A DNA stretch of 52,724 bases, counting the filler, from Mitosporidium daphniae (lineage: Eukaryota), in the NCBI RefSeq assembly GCF_000760515.2. It is 19 parts of 19 records of this genome, joined end to end, with 100 filler letters (N's around TTAATTAATTAA, not from the genome) between each part and the next. Parts side by side here need not be neighbours in the genome. Positions count along the whole stretch, not along the records: positions 20,950 to 52,724 come from NW_013546256.1; 18 more parts are not named here. One strand, written 5' to 3'. Below the pieces are notes generated by a model. That model did not search any database and was not told the DNA's origin. It worked only from the letters and a program-made list of their open reading frames with translations. How positions within the stretch are numbered: the first letter of the stretch is position 1; every line of letters starts with the position of its first letter. The position numbers and the translations under genes were made by a program. This document shows positions 33,726 to 45,350 of the stretch, in pieces.

Positions 33726-34965
33726 ATGTTCCGTTTCGCCATCAACGGATCGATCAAATTAAATGTGATCGTAAGCAAATGTATGCGAAATTATGCGGCC
33801 AAGGATTTCCTCCTTGCGGACATTGGGGAGGGAATTGCAGAGGTACAAATAAGCAATTGGTATGCATATGAACTTCCTTTTCACAAACAGGCACGTTAAG
33901 GTTGGAGATAAAATATGTGAATTCGATACCATTGCCCAAGTGCAAAGCGACAAGGCAACCACCGAAATAACGTCCCCATATAGCGGAACCATTTTAAAGG
34001 TGTATAATTCTGAGGGGGACACTGTCAAAACAGGCCAGCCTTTGCTTTCAATCGATGTCGATGAAGAGCAAACGTCCCTGGAAGACACGAACATTGATCA
34101 CGATAGCCATACAAAAGATCTTCACCCGGGGAAGATAAAAAAATCGCAAATCCTTGCCACGCCAAGAGTCAGAAATCTTGCGGAAACGCTAAAGATTGAC
34201 CTGGAAAAAACCATAGGCACCGGCAATGATGGGCGCATCTTGGAAGCCGACCTAATGGCACAAAACCTTGCTCCAAAGGTGCATCGTACGCCCATTCAAA
34301 GGGCCATGTTTAAGCAAATGCAAAAATCGCTTTCGATTCCTCATTTTTCATACTCGGAGTTCGTGGATATGACACTGCTCTTCAAGTGCAAAGCCGAAAC
34401 GGGCATATCTGTCTCTGCCTATATGCTCAAAGCATTAAGCAAGGTCGTAAAGGAAACGCCGATGCTCAACCACATTATTGTGGATGAAGATGTCCAAAAA
34501 TCAAACGAAGGAAATAGCATAGGGCTTGCCATTGACACGCCACTTGGCTTGGTGGTCCCTATCATTCCGGAAATCGACACCATGACATTAGATAAGCTTT
34601 CCGTAAAATTGCACAAAGACGTCATCCCCAGGGCAAGGCGAAATCATCTCAATGTCCATGAAACCAACAGCAAAAATGCATGCATCACGCTATCCAATGT
34701 TGGCGCGGCCTTTTCAGAAAAGGGTAGCCATCAAGAAACTTTGCGCTACGAAATGCCGGCAAACGCCATGCCCAGAATACTGCATCCGCAAGTTGACATC
34801 GTGGCGATCACGCGAGCAGTGAAGCAACAATCGACCGGAAAGATGATGGGAAGGGCTTGTTGGAGCGCCGATCACAGAATTGTAGACGGCGTTACGCTTG
34901 CCAAAGCATCTCGCAAATTTAAAGTGCTGCTTGAAAACCCCCAAATCATTTGCAATGAATTGTAA
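33726..34965 (+). CDS. DBT: Dihydrolipoamide branched-chain transacylase E2, mitochondrial
   Basis: Presequence-like N-terminus, FLLADIGEGIAEV, lipoyl motif VQSDKA, LATPRVR, WSADHRIVDG. One short intron. Confidence 0.92.
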
Positions 34966-34979
34966 AAAAATTTAAAACC

Positions 34980-36225
34980 ATGAATTGTCGTACCCTGGTT
35001 TCGCTGTGCCACGTCAAGCCAAAATTAAGGCTTACCGTGCAGCACAAACTGAAATGCAAGTTCTTTTCGATCCTCAAAATGGATGATCAAAATGGCGACA
35101 GAAAAATTCAAAAAGCCGCCGAATTCAAGCAAGTTTTGGAGCCGGCCCAGTTTGCCCTGCTGCATCGCATGGGCATTTATGATTCTATTGATCACTTTCT
35201 TGCAAGGTCTGCACTGGACCACATTGCCTTTATTCCTGGAAGGGCGTCGGCATCAGAGGCCGCGGATCGCTTTAATGGCCTTCTCTTCATCGGTATTGCA
35301 AGTCCCTAACTTTAGGTGCAAGTAGCGTCAAGTATTTCATCACGGAGGCATTAAACATTACCTTTCCCAAATTGAGCGTTCCAGACACCATCAACGCCAT
35401 TTCTATCATGACAGATTCGCCTATTTTGGATGCCATAATCATGAAATTCTCGCTCCATCGGGCGATTGTTTGTTTGGATCCATCGAGTGCATCTGGCGAG
35501 CCTGACGATGCCTTTGTAGCAGATGCGTCCAGAAAGTCTCTTCTTGCTCTTTTGGGTGCACTTATCGTCAGCACAAAGGTTTCACATTGGCCCCTTTATT
35601 CCGTATTTTTAGTCGTTTAACTCGATTCTTCCCTTTTTGAGATTTAACTTTCTTGCCGCGATCGATGGCACCTCCTCTTATTCGGTTATTCCATCTCCGA
35701 ATGAAGCATCGGCCCCTGCAAGCACACCCACAATCATCAAAAGTAGACTGTATCCCTTGAGGGATTTCAGGTTCAATGGCCCCATCTTTTACCATTTAGA
35801 TATTCGCTATTTATTTTGGCCCGAAGATTGGGCTACGACAAGCCTGTATATAGGTAAGCGTTTGTGTTGTGCTCACCTTAAAAGATTGGAAGGAGAAACT
35901 GGAAGGCAGAGCAACGAGCCTCTTTACATTGTTGGTGTCTATTGCGGACCCGTCAAATTAGGAGAAGGTACTGTTGTAGGTCTTATTTTTAGCCTTCGGT
36001 AGCTCGATTACACTTGCAGAGACTCGGGTATGATCGGTAATATTCTCATGATGATAGGCGGCCAGAGATGCTCTTGAGCGATATTATTTGGAAGAGGAGA
36101 AAAACATATCCATTTTGCCATCAGAGGCGGGGACATGCAATGGGGCCCATTCCCTATTCAAGCCCTTCAATCTTTATGATGCATTCGCCGCTGCCACGCA
36201 TCCCCCAAACGCTAAAATCAATTAA
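34980..36225 (+). CDS. Mitoribosomal protein mL44 (yeast MrpL3)-like, multi-exon
   Basis: RNase III-like segment (LLFIG...YFITEALNITFPKL; SLLALLGAL) and ETGRQSNEPLYIVGVYCGPVKLGEG-FGSS...AARDAL. Basic presequence. Confidence 0.82.
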
Positions 36226-36349
36226 ACTTTCCAACTTATCCCTTCCATGCCGGGCTTCCTCTCATTGTGCTCGTGTAAAGGTCGATGTGGCGCGGTGGGT
36301 GGGATGGCCGTAGGCAACGTAGCGTTGCTTTATCAATTTTTGAAATACA

Positions 36350-37336
36350 ATGTTTACAAACAGCCGCAGATTTACCTTGTATTTTAAAATGAGAAAGCAT
36401 CTGGAAAATATTGCTTCGCTTCTGCTGACCATATTGGTCAGTGGTGCTGTTGTTTATATTTTTTTGGTAGACTTTTGCTGTATGTAAATGGGGGCTGATC
36501 TTTATTTTAGTAATCAGTTTGATTATCAATCGGAATAATGTGGCTCTTGGCATAGTGCTTCTTTGCGTGGGGATCCCTCTGTTTGCGCTCTCGCTTTGGT
36601 CGTATATTCAAACCGCACGGACAGATCCCGGGTATCCCCCAACTACATACTTATCTATGGTGGCTGGGGAGAACACCGAAAATTTACAACTCGATTCATT
36701 TAAGTTTCCCTTCCACGGATATTGCGAGATTTGCTCGTTTCCAAAGGTCCTTCGGTGCAGGCATTGTCGGAAATGCGGCAAATGCCGCCTGAAAATGGAT
36801 CACCATTGTCCATGGGTGATGAATTGCATTGGCTTTTATAATCAGAAATATTTTTTTCTCTTCGTTGCATACAGCTTTGCCTTGCTATTGCTAGTATCAC
36901 TTTCCCTCTTGATTATTTCAGGAGTACAGTTGAGCAAAGGGACCGTTTCCGCCATCATCATCATTCGCGTTGTTGTTGGCGGAATTTTTGGAATTCTTTC
37001 TCTTTTGCTTGCGACTCTTTTATTTCTGCATATTTATTTGATTACCATAAATCGGACAACGGTCGAAGCAATGCAATCTGGCTCGCTTCCCTGTATATTT
37101 GGTAAGAATATCAACGAGCTTCCACCTCCGTACCCGTGTGAGATCTTCTCATTGAGTCCTGAAAGGAATTGGGCCCAGGTATGCCATCCCTGCTTTTTGA
37201 TATAATTTTCAGGTTTTCGGTGACCATCCCTTAAAATGGGGATTTCCAATAGCTTCCACGTACGCGTTTGCTTATTTACACTAGTGTTGGGTATGGGATG
37301 AGTTTTCCACTCAATTCAGAACCCCCGATAGTGTAG
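36350..37336 (+). CDS. DHHC palmitoyltransferase, multi-exon
   Basis: TDPG, RCRHCRKCGKCRLKMDHHCPWVMNCIGFYNQKYF, NRTTVE, NWAQVFG. Confidence 0.95.
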
Positions 37337-37452
37337 AGCTGCTATGTACATACGGACGGTGTCCAATAATTTCCAGTAAACACAAACACATTGCTCTTCC
37401 GCTCCTCAAATTCATTAAGACACTTTAGGGTTAAAATTCTTTATTTCCCGCG

Positions 37453-37851
37453 TTATGAAACTGGACAATCACGAGAAATATGGCCTGGCTGCTGGCATTT
37501 ATAGCAGAGAGAACTGGCCTTATCAAGAGAACAGTCTCGGGCAAAATGTCCTTTTGTAGAGCATCTGTAGCACGTGATCGAGGAGGAAGGCCCTGAAGCG
37601 CCTTTTTCAGCGTTTGGACATTCGCGTGAAATATGACCAGGCTGTTGGCATTGATAGCAAATGTTGGAGTTTGGTGTTGGGCAGTCCCTCGAGATATGGC
37701 CTTGCTGGCCGCACGAGTAGCATGACTTGACTTGTGGTGGGGATACACAATCGACAACCTTATGCCCAAACCCATGGCAGTTGTAGCACTTCAAAGGACC
37801 ACGATGGCGATACGATGATGACGTGGTCGAAGTGCTCTCTTCCTCAGGCAT
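37453..37851 (-). CDS. CNBP/Gis2-like CCHC zinc-knuckle protein (5 knuckles)
   Basis: Five CX2CX4HX4C motifs. Confidence 0.92.
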   Translation of the reverse strand: MPEEESTSTTSSSYRHRGPLKCYNCHGFGHKVVDCVSPPQVKSCYSCGQQGHISRDCPTPNSNICYQCQQPGHISRECPNAEKGASGPSSSITCYRCSTKGHFARDCSLDKASSLCYKCQQPGHISRDCPVS

Positions 37852-37936
37852 TGAAATTAAATTAAAAATAGCAAGTTGCGGTTGTAATTTAAACTAAAGT
37901 TTGCGGGTTGAAGTTTTAACTTCTGCCGCAATTAGC

Positions 37937-38746
37937 ATGTCACACTCCCTGCCTCAACTCCCCTATCAATATGATGCGCTGGAGCCCTACATCGACAATA
38001 AGACCATGTTTGTGCACCACACGGCGCATCATCAAGCATATGTCTCCAAACTTAACGATGCCCTCGAGGTAACCCATATGCTTGCTATCGGTCTTTTTAG
38101 AAAGAAAAGATAGCCAATATCGATGTGCAGTCCATCTTCCAGTCAATCAAACAGCAGCCTGCGGTTATTCGCAATAATGGCGGCGGCCATTACAACCATT
38201 CTCTGTTCTGGAGATGGATGGCCCCAATTGGAGCGTCAAATACGGCGCCATTTGGCAAGTTGAAGGAGGCAATTGACTCCGAGTTCGGATCTCTGGATGC
38301 AATGAAAACCGACTTTACAAATGCTGCTCTCACACGTTTTGGCTCTGGATGGGCCTGGCTTGGTGTGCGCCCCGATGGCACTCTAGCAATCTCGTCGACA
38401 CCCAACCAAGGTAAGTCTTGCTGGTTACGCTGTCAGCTCACGGCTCTGATATGATTTTGTATCACATGCATGCCCATCTCTTGCTGTTCTATTTTGTGAC
38501 AATATAATAAGCTCACGTGTTGCAGATAACCCGTTAATGAAGGGCGTTGTGGAAACGGAGATGATTCCGATTCTTGGTTTGGACGTCTGGGAACATGCAT
38601 ACTATCTCAAATACCAAAGCAAGAGAAATGAATACATCCAGCAATGGTGGAATGTCGTCAATTGGGATGAGGTTGTTGAGGGGTATAACACGTTTGCCAG
38701 CCATGGCAAGCCTGTCCCCATACTCAAGCCCACTAGCGCTATATAG
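37937..38746 (+). CDS. Fe/Mn superoxide dismutase, bacterial SodA-like, 2 introns
   Basis: [60 protein letters not shown]. Introns 38069-38100 and 38411-38525. Confidence 0.97.
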
Positions 38747-38767
38747 AATGATTCCCGCGACAATAAA

Positions 38768-38830
38768 TGGATTTGGAATGCCGTAAACTGGATTTGGAGC
38801 GCCGTAAAATGGAGTTGGAGTGCCGTAAAA
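38768..38830 (+). repeat. 21-bp imperfect tandem repeat x3 (TGGAtTTGGA--GCCGTAAA-)
   Basis: Visible units at 38768, 38789 and 38810, in the SOD-TAF6 gap. Confidence 0.9.
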
Positions 38831-38845
38831 ATTAAATTTAATTCC

Positions 38846-40296
38846 ATGAGTCTCTTCCATGCGGAGAGTGTGCGCATCTATGCAGAGTCTCTGGGCCTTG
38901 CCAATCTGTCCAACGAGGTCCTTCAACTGATAGCACACGATACAGAGTATCGCCTACGAGAGCTTATCCAGGAGTCTGCAAAGCACATGCGCCACTCCCG
39001 AAGAATCCGCCTTACCACGGAGGACATCAACATGGTACTTGCCCTGAGAAACGAAGAGGTATTTTCTCGATTGTAACTTTTATGCAGCAAATTTATGGCT
39101 ACGACCCTTCTGAAATTCCCGCGTTTAAGCATGTGCCGCAGTCTGATATCTTTTACCTCAAAGATAAAGAGATTGATTTTGATACCCTTCTGACGGCCGC
39201 GCTTCCAAAGCTTCCCTGCTCAATGAAGCTCTCCTGCCATTGGCTCGCTATTGAAGGAGTCCAGCCCCAAATTCCAGAAAATCCACTTCTTCCTCTTTCA
39301 ACAGCGTCGTCCATGGAACACGGCTCCCCAACTGCTTCGACGCCTCCGTCCTCGGCACAGCTGCAATCGAAACCACAGCCACAGGTCAAGCATCACCTCT
39401 CAAAAGAACATCAACTTTATTTTGAGACAATCACAAGCTGCCTTCTTTCAAAAGATTCCTCCACCGTGATAACCGCGCTCAATTCCTTGCGTACAGACGC
39501 AGGCATCCAGCAGCTGCTGCCCTACTTTGTGCAATTCATTGCCGAAATGGTTTGTGTTTGTTTGTTGTTCCTCAATTGATGTGCAGTGCCTTTCCGATTT
39601 TATCGTTTCCCCTCTATCATCCGACCTTTCCACATTCCTTTTTTCCATTTATTGACTTTCAGGTGATAAAAAACTTGCGGCATCTGGAGACTCTTGGACT
39701 CCTGCTTCGCGCAATGGAGGCGATCTTTGCCAACATCAATTTTTTTATCGAACCCTATGTAGGCAATGCTGATGATTAATCTTTAGCTGCATCAAGTAAT
39801 GCCAACTGTGCTTACGCTCGTGGTGGGCCAGCGCCTTTCAGAGGGATCCCTAGAGGACCATTGGTCGCTAAGAGATGCTGCCGCATCTCTCCTCATTCTG
39901 ATTTGCCAGAAATACGGAGATGCCTACGCCCAATTACAGCCTCGAGTCCTGAAAACGCTCCTCAAGGCCATCTGTGATCCTACAAAAGGATTCCCCTCAA
40001 AATACGGGGCCATCATGGCCTTTTCTCTTCTGGGCCCAGATACCATTGAGGCTTTCATCATCCCCAATATCAAAGAAATATTGGAGGAGGGCTCGTCCCC
40101 ATCAGAAATGGCAGGCGGCATAGAAAAAGAAAAATTGGAGCATGCCCTGCTCGCCGCCATCGGAAAATGGCTCAAGAAAAATCCGGACCAACAGGGAAAA
40201 CCTCACGCTGAGGCGCTGTGGGAGTGTTTTGGAGAGAAGCTGCTCCCATTTCTTCCATCAGTCTGTGAATCAATCGCTCAACCGCATCCAAAATAA
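38846..40296 (+). CDS. TAF6: TFIID/SAGA subunit TAF6, multi-exon
   Basis: Histone fold (DTEYRLRELIQES...RLTTEDIN), HWLAIEGVQPQIPENP, HHLSKEHQLYF, DHWSLRDAAA. Confidence 0.97.
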
Positions 40297-41360
40297 AGGA
40301 TTTTAGACGCAAAGGTATATGTGTTTGCTTTTCAAGAGCTAAAAGCTTTGCAATCAGCGTTTTTATGAGAAAAGTTTCATTTTCGCCTTCCAGGTGGAAA
40401 AGAACGCATTCTCTGGAAATGAAAAGCGACGTGCATTCGATTACCAAGTAGTGCTCCGAAGACAGTGAATCCAATAGAAAGACCAAGAGCGAAGAGATCG
40501 GGAAATTTCTTTTGACATTCCCTTCAAGAATCTGAAGTATGAAAAGCTTTTTGTAGAACGAATGGCGCTGGCCAGCTAGGCAAATCATCTCCCCATCTAG
40601 CCCTCTTTCATGGTATATGGTTTGAAAGAGCATGCAAAGCGAGCACCCATAAATAGGCAAGGTTCTATCCACCTTCATGAGCATTTTCAAAATTTTCGGA
40701 TCGTAATACACCCAAAACAACTTGTCATTTAGCTTGAAAATATTGCAAAAAACATCAAGGATTTCGTTAATCCCTCTATGAGACCACGAAGCATTGGCGA
40801 TCGATCTCATTTCCGTCTGCATGGAAATTATTCTCTCAACAATTTCTTCGCACCGCACAAATGTAGAAATGTATTCCTTCGAGGAAAGCATTATTTCTTT
40901 TATCAGGCCCTCCTGGTTGCTTGCAACTATCAAAAGCAGAGAGTGCTTAATCATCTCCCTCTCCCTGGGATCTTGGCTTTGCAGTAACGAAATGAACTAC
41001 AATAAGCGCGTTATTTCTGACCTTTGATATGTTGTCTGAAGTAAAAATATCGAAAGAGCCGATTTTGATAATCCGCTGCAAAATAGAGTAAAGAAGCGAA
41101 ACTTGATCCCAGTGTTCCAAATATATGGGTTCGTCGTCACACGGGTTTGCATACTGCATTTTCGGTAAAGATCCCCTCCCCCATATTAGGATTTCAAAAA
41201 TTTTGCTGCAGAGCAAATTGCAAACGTCCTTTGATTTCAAGTTTTTTCCCAGTCTCGAAAAAATCTTAAAAAGCTCTGCGGAAGAAACATAGTCGCACAC
41301 GGTAATACTCCTGGTTTCTTCTAGCATCTTCAGGTCTCGCTTGATGTTGGGCTGACTCAT
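40172..41360 (-). CDS. Divergent PP2A B' (B56)-like regulatory subunit
   Basis: DDEPIYLEHWDQVSLLY, SQDPRERE (after intron 40997-41021), HRGINEILDVF and SSEHYLVIE resemble B56 motifs. Confidence 0.75.
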
Positions 41361-41558
41361 GGATAAAATTTACAAAATTGAAAGGGAAACACATTGATTA
41401 ATCACTCACAGCGTTTTGGGAATGAACGCGTTAAAATTTAAGCGCTGCTAATTTGATTGCACACACGGTCGTTAGTCAGTCTCAACCGATTTTCTTGCAT
41501 AATTGGGCATTTAAAATTCAAATTTAATTATATTTTAAATTTAATTCCATTTTTATCC

Positions 41559-42154
41559 ATGTCTTCGTCAAAGACCGCGACACCGGCAGCTCTACCCAGC
41601 AAAACCCCTGCTGTGGCAAGCACGATCAATGCAACGACCCAGACAGCACCCATAAAGATCCTGCGTCCAGGAAAAGTAGTGATTCTTCTCAATGGTCGCT
41701 ATGCTGGTCACAAGGCATTTATTGTCAATCCATTTGAGGGAAATCGTAAGTCAATTCATCTTTTCATCCATCCTTTTTGCGTGGCATATTGTTTCCGTCT
41801 TTGTGCCATTCGTTTCTTTGATTTGATTGCTAATTTTTAGCATCCAAGAGCAGGTCCTTTGCTCACGCTCTTGTCGTTGGCATCAAAAAGGCCCCAATGA
41901 AGGTCACCAAGGCCATGTCAAAGCGAAAGATCAGAAACCGCTCCCGTGTAAAGACCTTCATCAAAGTCATCAATTATAACCATCTGATGCCAACTCGCTA
42001 TTCCATCGACGTCGATTTGAAAAATGTAGTGAATTTGGATGTCGCCTCAGATGCCTCCAAGCGCAAGAGTGCTTGTACCGTTGTCAGCAAGAAGCTCGAG
42101 GAGAAATACAAGGTTGGCGGCTCCAAGTGGTTCTTTTCCAAACTCCGCTTCTAA
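41559..42154 (+). CDS. RPL27: 60S ribosomal protein eL27 with N-terminal extension
   Basis: ILRPGKVVILLNGRYAGHKA, KTFIKVINYNHLMPTRY, WFFSKLRF. Intron 41746-41840. Confidence 0.97.
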
Positions 42155-42298
42155 CTAAATACAATTTTTATAAGTGAAGCCCGCATATAGCTGTTAAACG
42201 CAAAGACATAAGCCAAGGTCGACACCAATGGTAACGGTCGAAATGGCCTGCCTACTATGGTTTGGAAGTTGCAAATTTTTATTTGATTAATTAATTTA

Positions 42299-43655
42299 TT
42301 AATGAGACAGACTGAAAGAGACACAATACATACTTTTTGAAGGTGAGACTGTCCTCACTTTGTGAGCAGAAGTAGGCGGGGAAAGTTGAAGAGGCCCAAT
42401 GATATCCAGTATCATCTATCGAAATTATCATCGAAAGGAAATCTACCTGCAGTGGATCTTCTCCAGTCCGTGCGAATAAGTAGCAGTGGATAATAGTGGA
42501 CGAGGATGGAGCGCATTCGCGAGCCTTTTTAGCGAGTGGCAGATCATCGGCTGGCTTGTTTGGATGCGAGCTTTGCTTTCCCCGAAGTGCTGAGACAAGA
42601 TCTGGAATAAACTCCAACGAGAAGGCGGGTAGGTTCATCACAACATGATCAAAATGAATGTTCCTAGGAAGCATATTGACAGCTTCCCTGACGAATTCCT
42701 TGGCGTCCAAATTGAATATTTTAATGGCATGCTCGACCTTTCGTTAGGCAAGGTTTGGCTTACTTTATTTTGACGGGCATTCTGTGTAAGGTACTTGATG
42801 GAGACTGGATTCAAGTCATTGGCATATACGGTACAGCCTCGTTTTGCCGCAGGGATAGCAAATGGACCTATTCCTGCAAACATATCACCTATTGAATAAG
42901 AGAAAAGTCGTACAAATTAGCTCGCCGCTTTTAAAAACGGACGTCACCAAACGCTGATGCTCATGTGCCAGTCGAGAGTTCCAATAAACTTGCGAGTAGT
43001 CCAGTGTAAATCTGCAATCCGATTCTGACTAACATGTTGATTGAAGACAAATCTTACCACCGTGGTAACAAGATTTGATGGCGAGCCCGCTATCACATTC
43101 ATTTTGAAGAACCTAAATTCGTGGTCGATTTCACCAAGCTTTGTGACCACAACGGAGAGCGACGGATTTTTGTCCAAAATAACCTGGCCAATTTCATTTG
43201 CATATGGCATGTGGGCTTCCGTCAAATTCAAATGGGCTAACGCGAATAAGAATCTCAAGCTAACCAATGTGGCCAATTGTTTCAAAGGCCGTGATACGAT
43301 CTAGGTCGGGAGGGAGAATGGCATCAATGATTTGTGCCACAGTCCAATAGGAGTAGTCTATAGAGAGGTTATACTCGTGGACGACGGAATTTTCAATCGG
43401 GATTTCTTCCTTTGCGTAGACATCGTTCAACAAAATGAAAAGCCTTGCATCTGCTGGATCTCTGATGATTGGTTTTATTTTTGGAAGATCTAATAGAAGC
43501 GCGTGTTCTTTCAGTGCGTTTTTAACGCTCTGGATATCATTAGGAGCAACACAAATTGCAGAAGTGGGGATGGTGAAGGAAAAGGTCTTTTTGTCCATGG
43601 GTAATGCAATCGGTCGAGGGAGGGAGCGCAAAAGCGCCTCCACATTAAGGACCAT
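42299..43655 (-). CDS. TRM5: tRNA m1G37 methyltransferase Trm5, multi-exon
   Basis: [49 protein letters not shown]. Confidence 0.95.
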
Positions 43656-43784
43656 GAATTTAAAGTGCCGAATTTGTTTACATTTTTCAATTCGCCGATC
43701 AGATTATTGTGGCGGTACGTCCATTTTCGGGTATTGACATTCACCTTCAAATAGCCGATATGCTGGCCGAAACTTTTTGCTAGC

Positions 43785-45177
43785 ATGACTTTGCACTATT
43801 TGATTCATTCTTCACAGTTACTTCTATGCCTTTTATCTGCGATTTTCGTAATTGTTCGTTGCGAGGATACTGAAAGATTCATTATCCTTTTTCGAGGAGA
43901 TTTTGGCACCTCTTCCCCGTTCTTTCTCAAAGATACCCAGGATTTGGCAAAGGAAGGTGCTTTGGGGCCATCTAGGGCCCCTGAGCCTGTATTTAGCCTC
44001 AACTTTACCAACTTTACTGGGTTGGTTTATGATGTGCCTCGAACACCAAATGTTCTCGTATTTTCTGGTGTTGTCGATGCTATGTCAAATGAAATTGAAA
44101 TGAACCCCACTGTCAACCAAACAAACTACCCATTTAATATTTTAATGCCCCAAGTTGGGCTTCCATCAGAACTCTCATTTTTGATACCTATTTTGAACTC
44201 TATATTTTGGATTGAACGTTCAAAACAAGTTAGTACTCTTGCTATTCAAACAAACGCACCTTGGAATCTTGTAAGAATCTCAGAACATATGCTTCGAGTT
44301 CCATCCATCTATCGGTATAGACCCTCTTTAAGTTGTTTAGATACCTTGCAGATGGCCGCGGTGTCGATGCATACATTATCGACTCGGGTATCCAAAGCTC
44401 AAATGTCGACTTTAAAGGGCATGCTACTACTATAGCTGACTTTACCAATTCCGGGCTTACCGACGCATATGGTCACGGCACGCATGTTGCTGGTATTTCT
44501 CATTTTACTAAATTGTTACCAAGGCATTGTTGGTTCTCAAACCTATGGAGTTGCCAAGAGCGTCAATTTGTTGGGCGTACGTGTGATTAACTCGAGCGGA
44601 ACCTCCGATTGGGCCACTGTAGTTGCAGCGCTTTCTTGGGTTTATAACCGTGTAAAGATGACAAAAAGACCATCCGTGATCAAGTGAGACTATCGCTTCT
44701 TACACATATAATAGCATGTCGCTTGGCGGCCCCATTTCCGTAGCCTTGAATGCTGCAATTAGCGATCTTGAGGCCTTGAATGTGGCTGTTGTTGCTGCTG
44801 CCGGAAATTCCAGGAGCGATGCATGCATGTATTCACCTTCGTCCTCGACATCAGCGATCGTTGTCGCTGCTTCTGATTATAATAATGCCTGGTTTGCCAT
44901 GTCCAACTTTGGTTCATGCGTTGATATGATTGCACCTGGCTCTTATATTACCTCTACTTTTATTGGAAGCAATAGGTCAGTTGCGGCGATGACAGGAACA
45001 AGTATGGCTGCGCCTCATGTGACCGGGGTGGTCGCTCTTCTTCTTTCAATGAATCCCACTCTCACCGTTTCTCAGCTGAAGCTTATCCTGACAATTACGT
45101 GCACCAATGGGATAGTTTCTGGCATCCCGATCGGTCGTACCCCCAACCGATTTTTATATTCCCTTGCAACCTTTTGA
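43785..45177 (+). CDS. Secreted subtilisin (S8, proteinase K-like), multi-exon
   Basis: Signal peptide, APWNLVRIS, catalytic IDSG, HGTHVAG and GTSMAAPHV, plus AAGN. Confidence 0.96.
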
Positions 45178-45350
45178 CCGAATTTTACATAGGATAAATA
45201 AAGGTTTATTGATTAAACGGCGAAGCAAGGCAGGCCGAAAAGATTTCGACGGTATTCGTTTCAATATGATCGCCAAAATTAATGTGAAAACCAAGTAAAA
45301 AGTACAACGATGCAACCAGTTGATTGTCATCATAAGCTCGGATAAACAAA

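Noticed and set aside
37453..37851. CCHC knuckles as a retrotransposon gag
   Set aside because: No capsid, protease, RT or LTRs; the layout fits a cellular CNBP-type protein.
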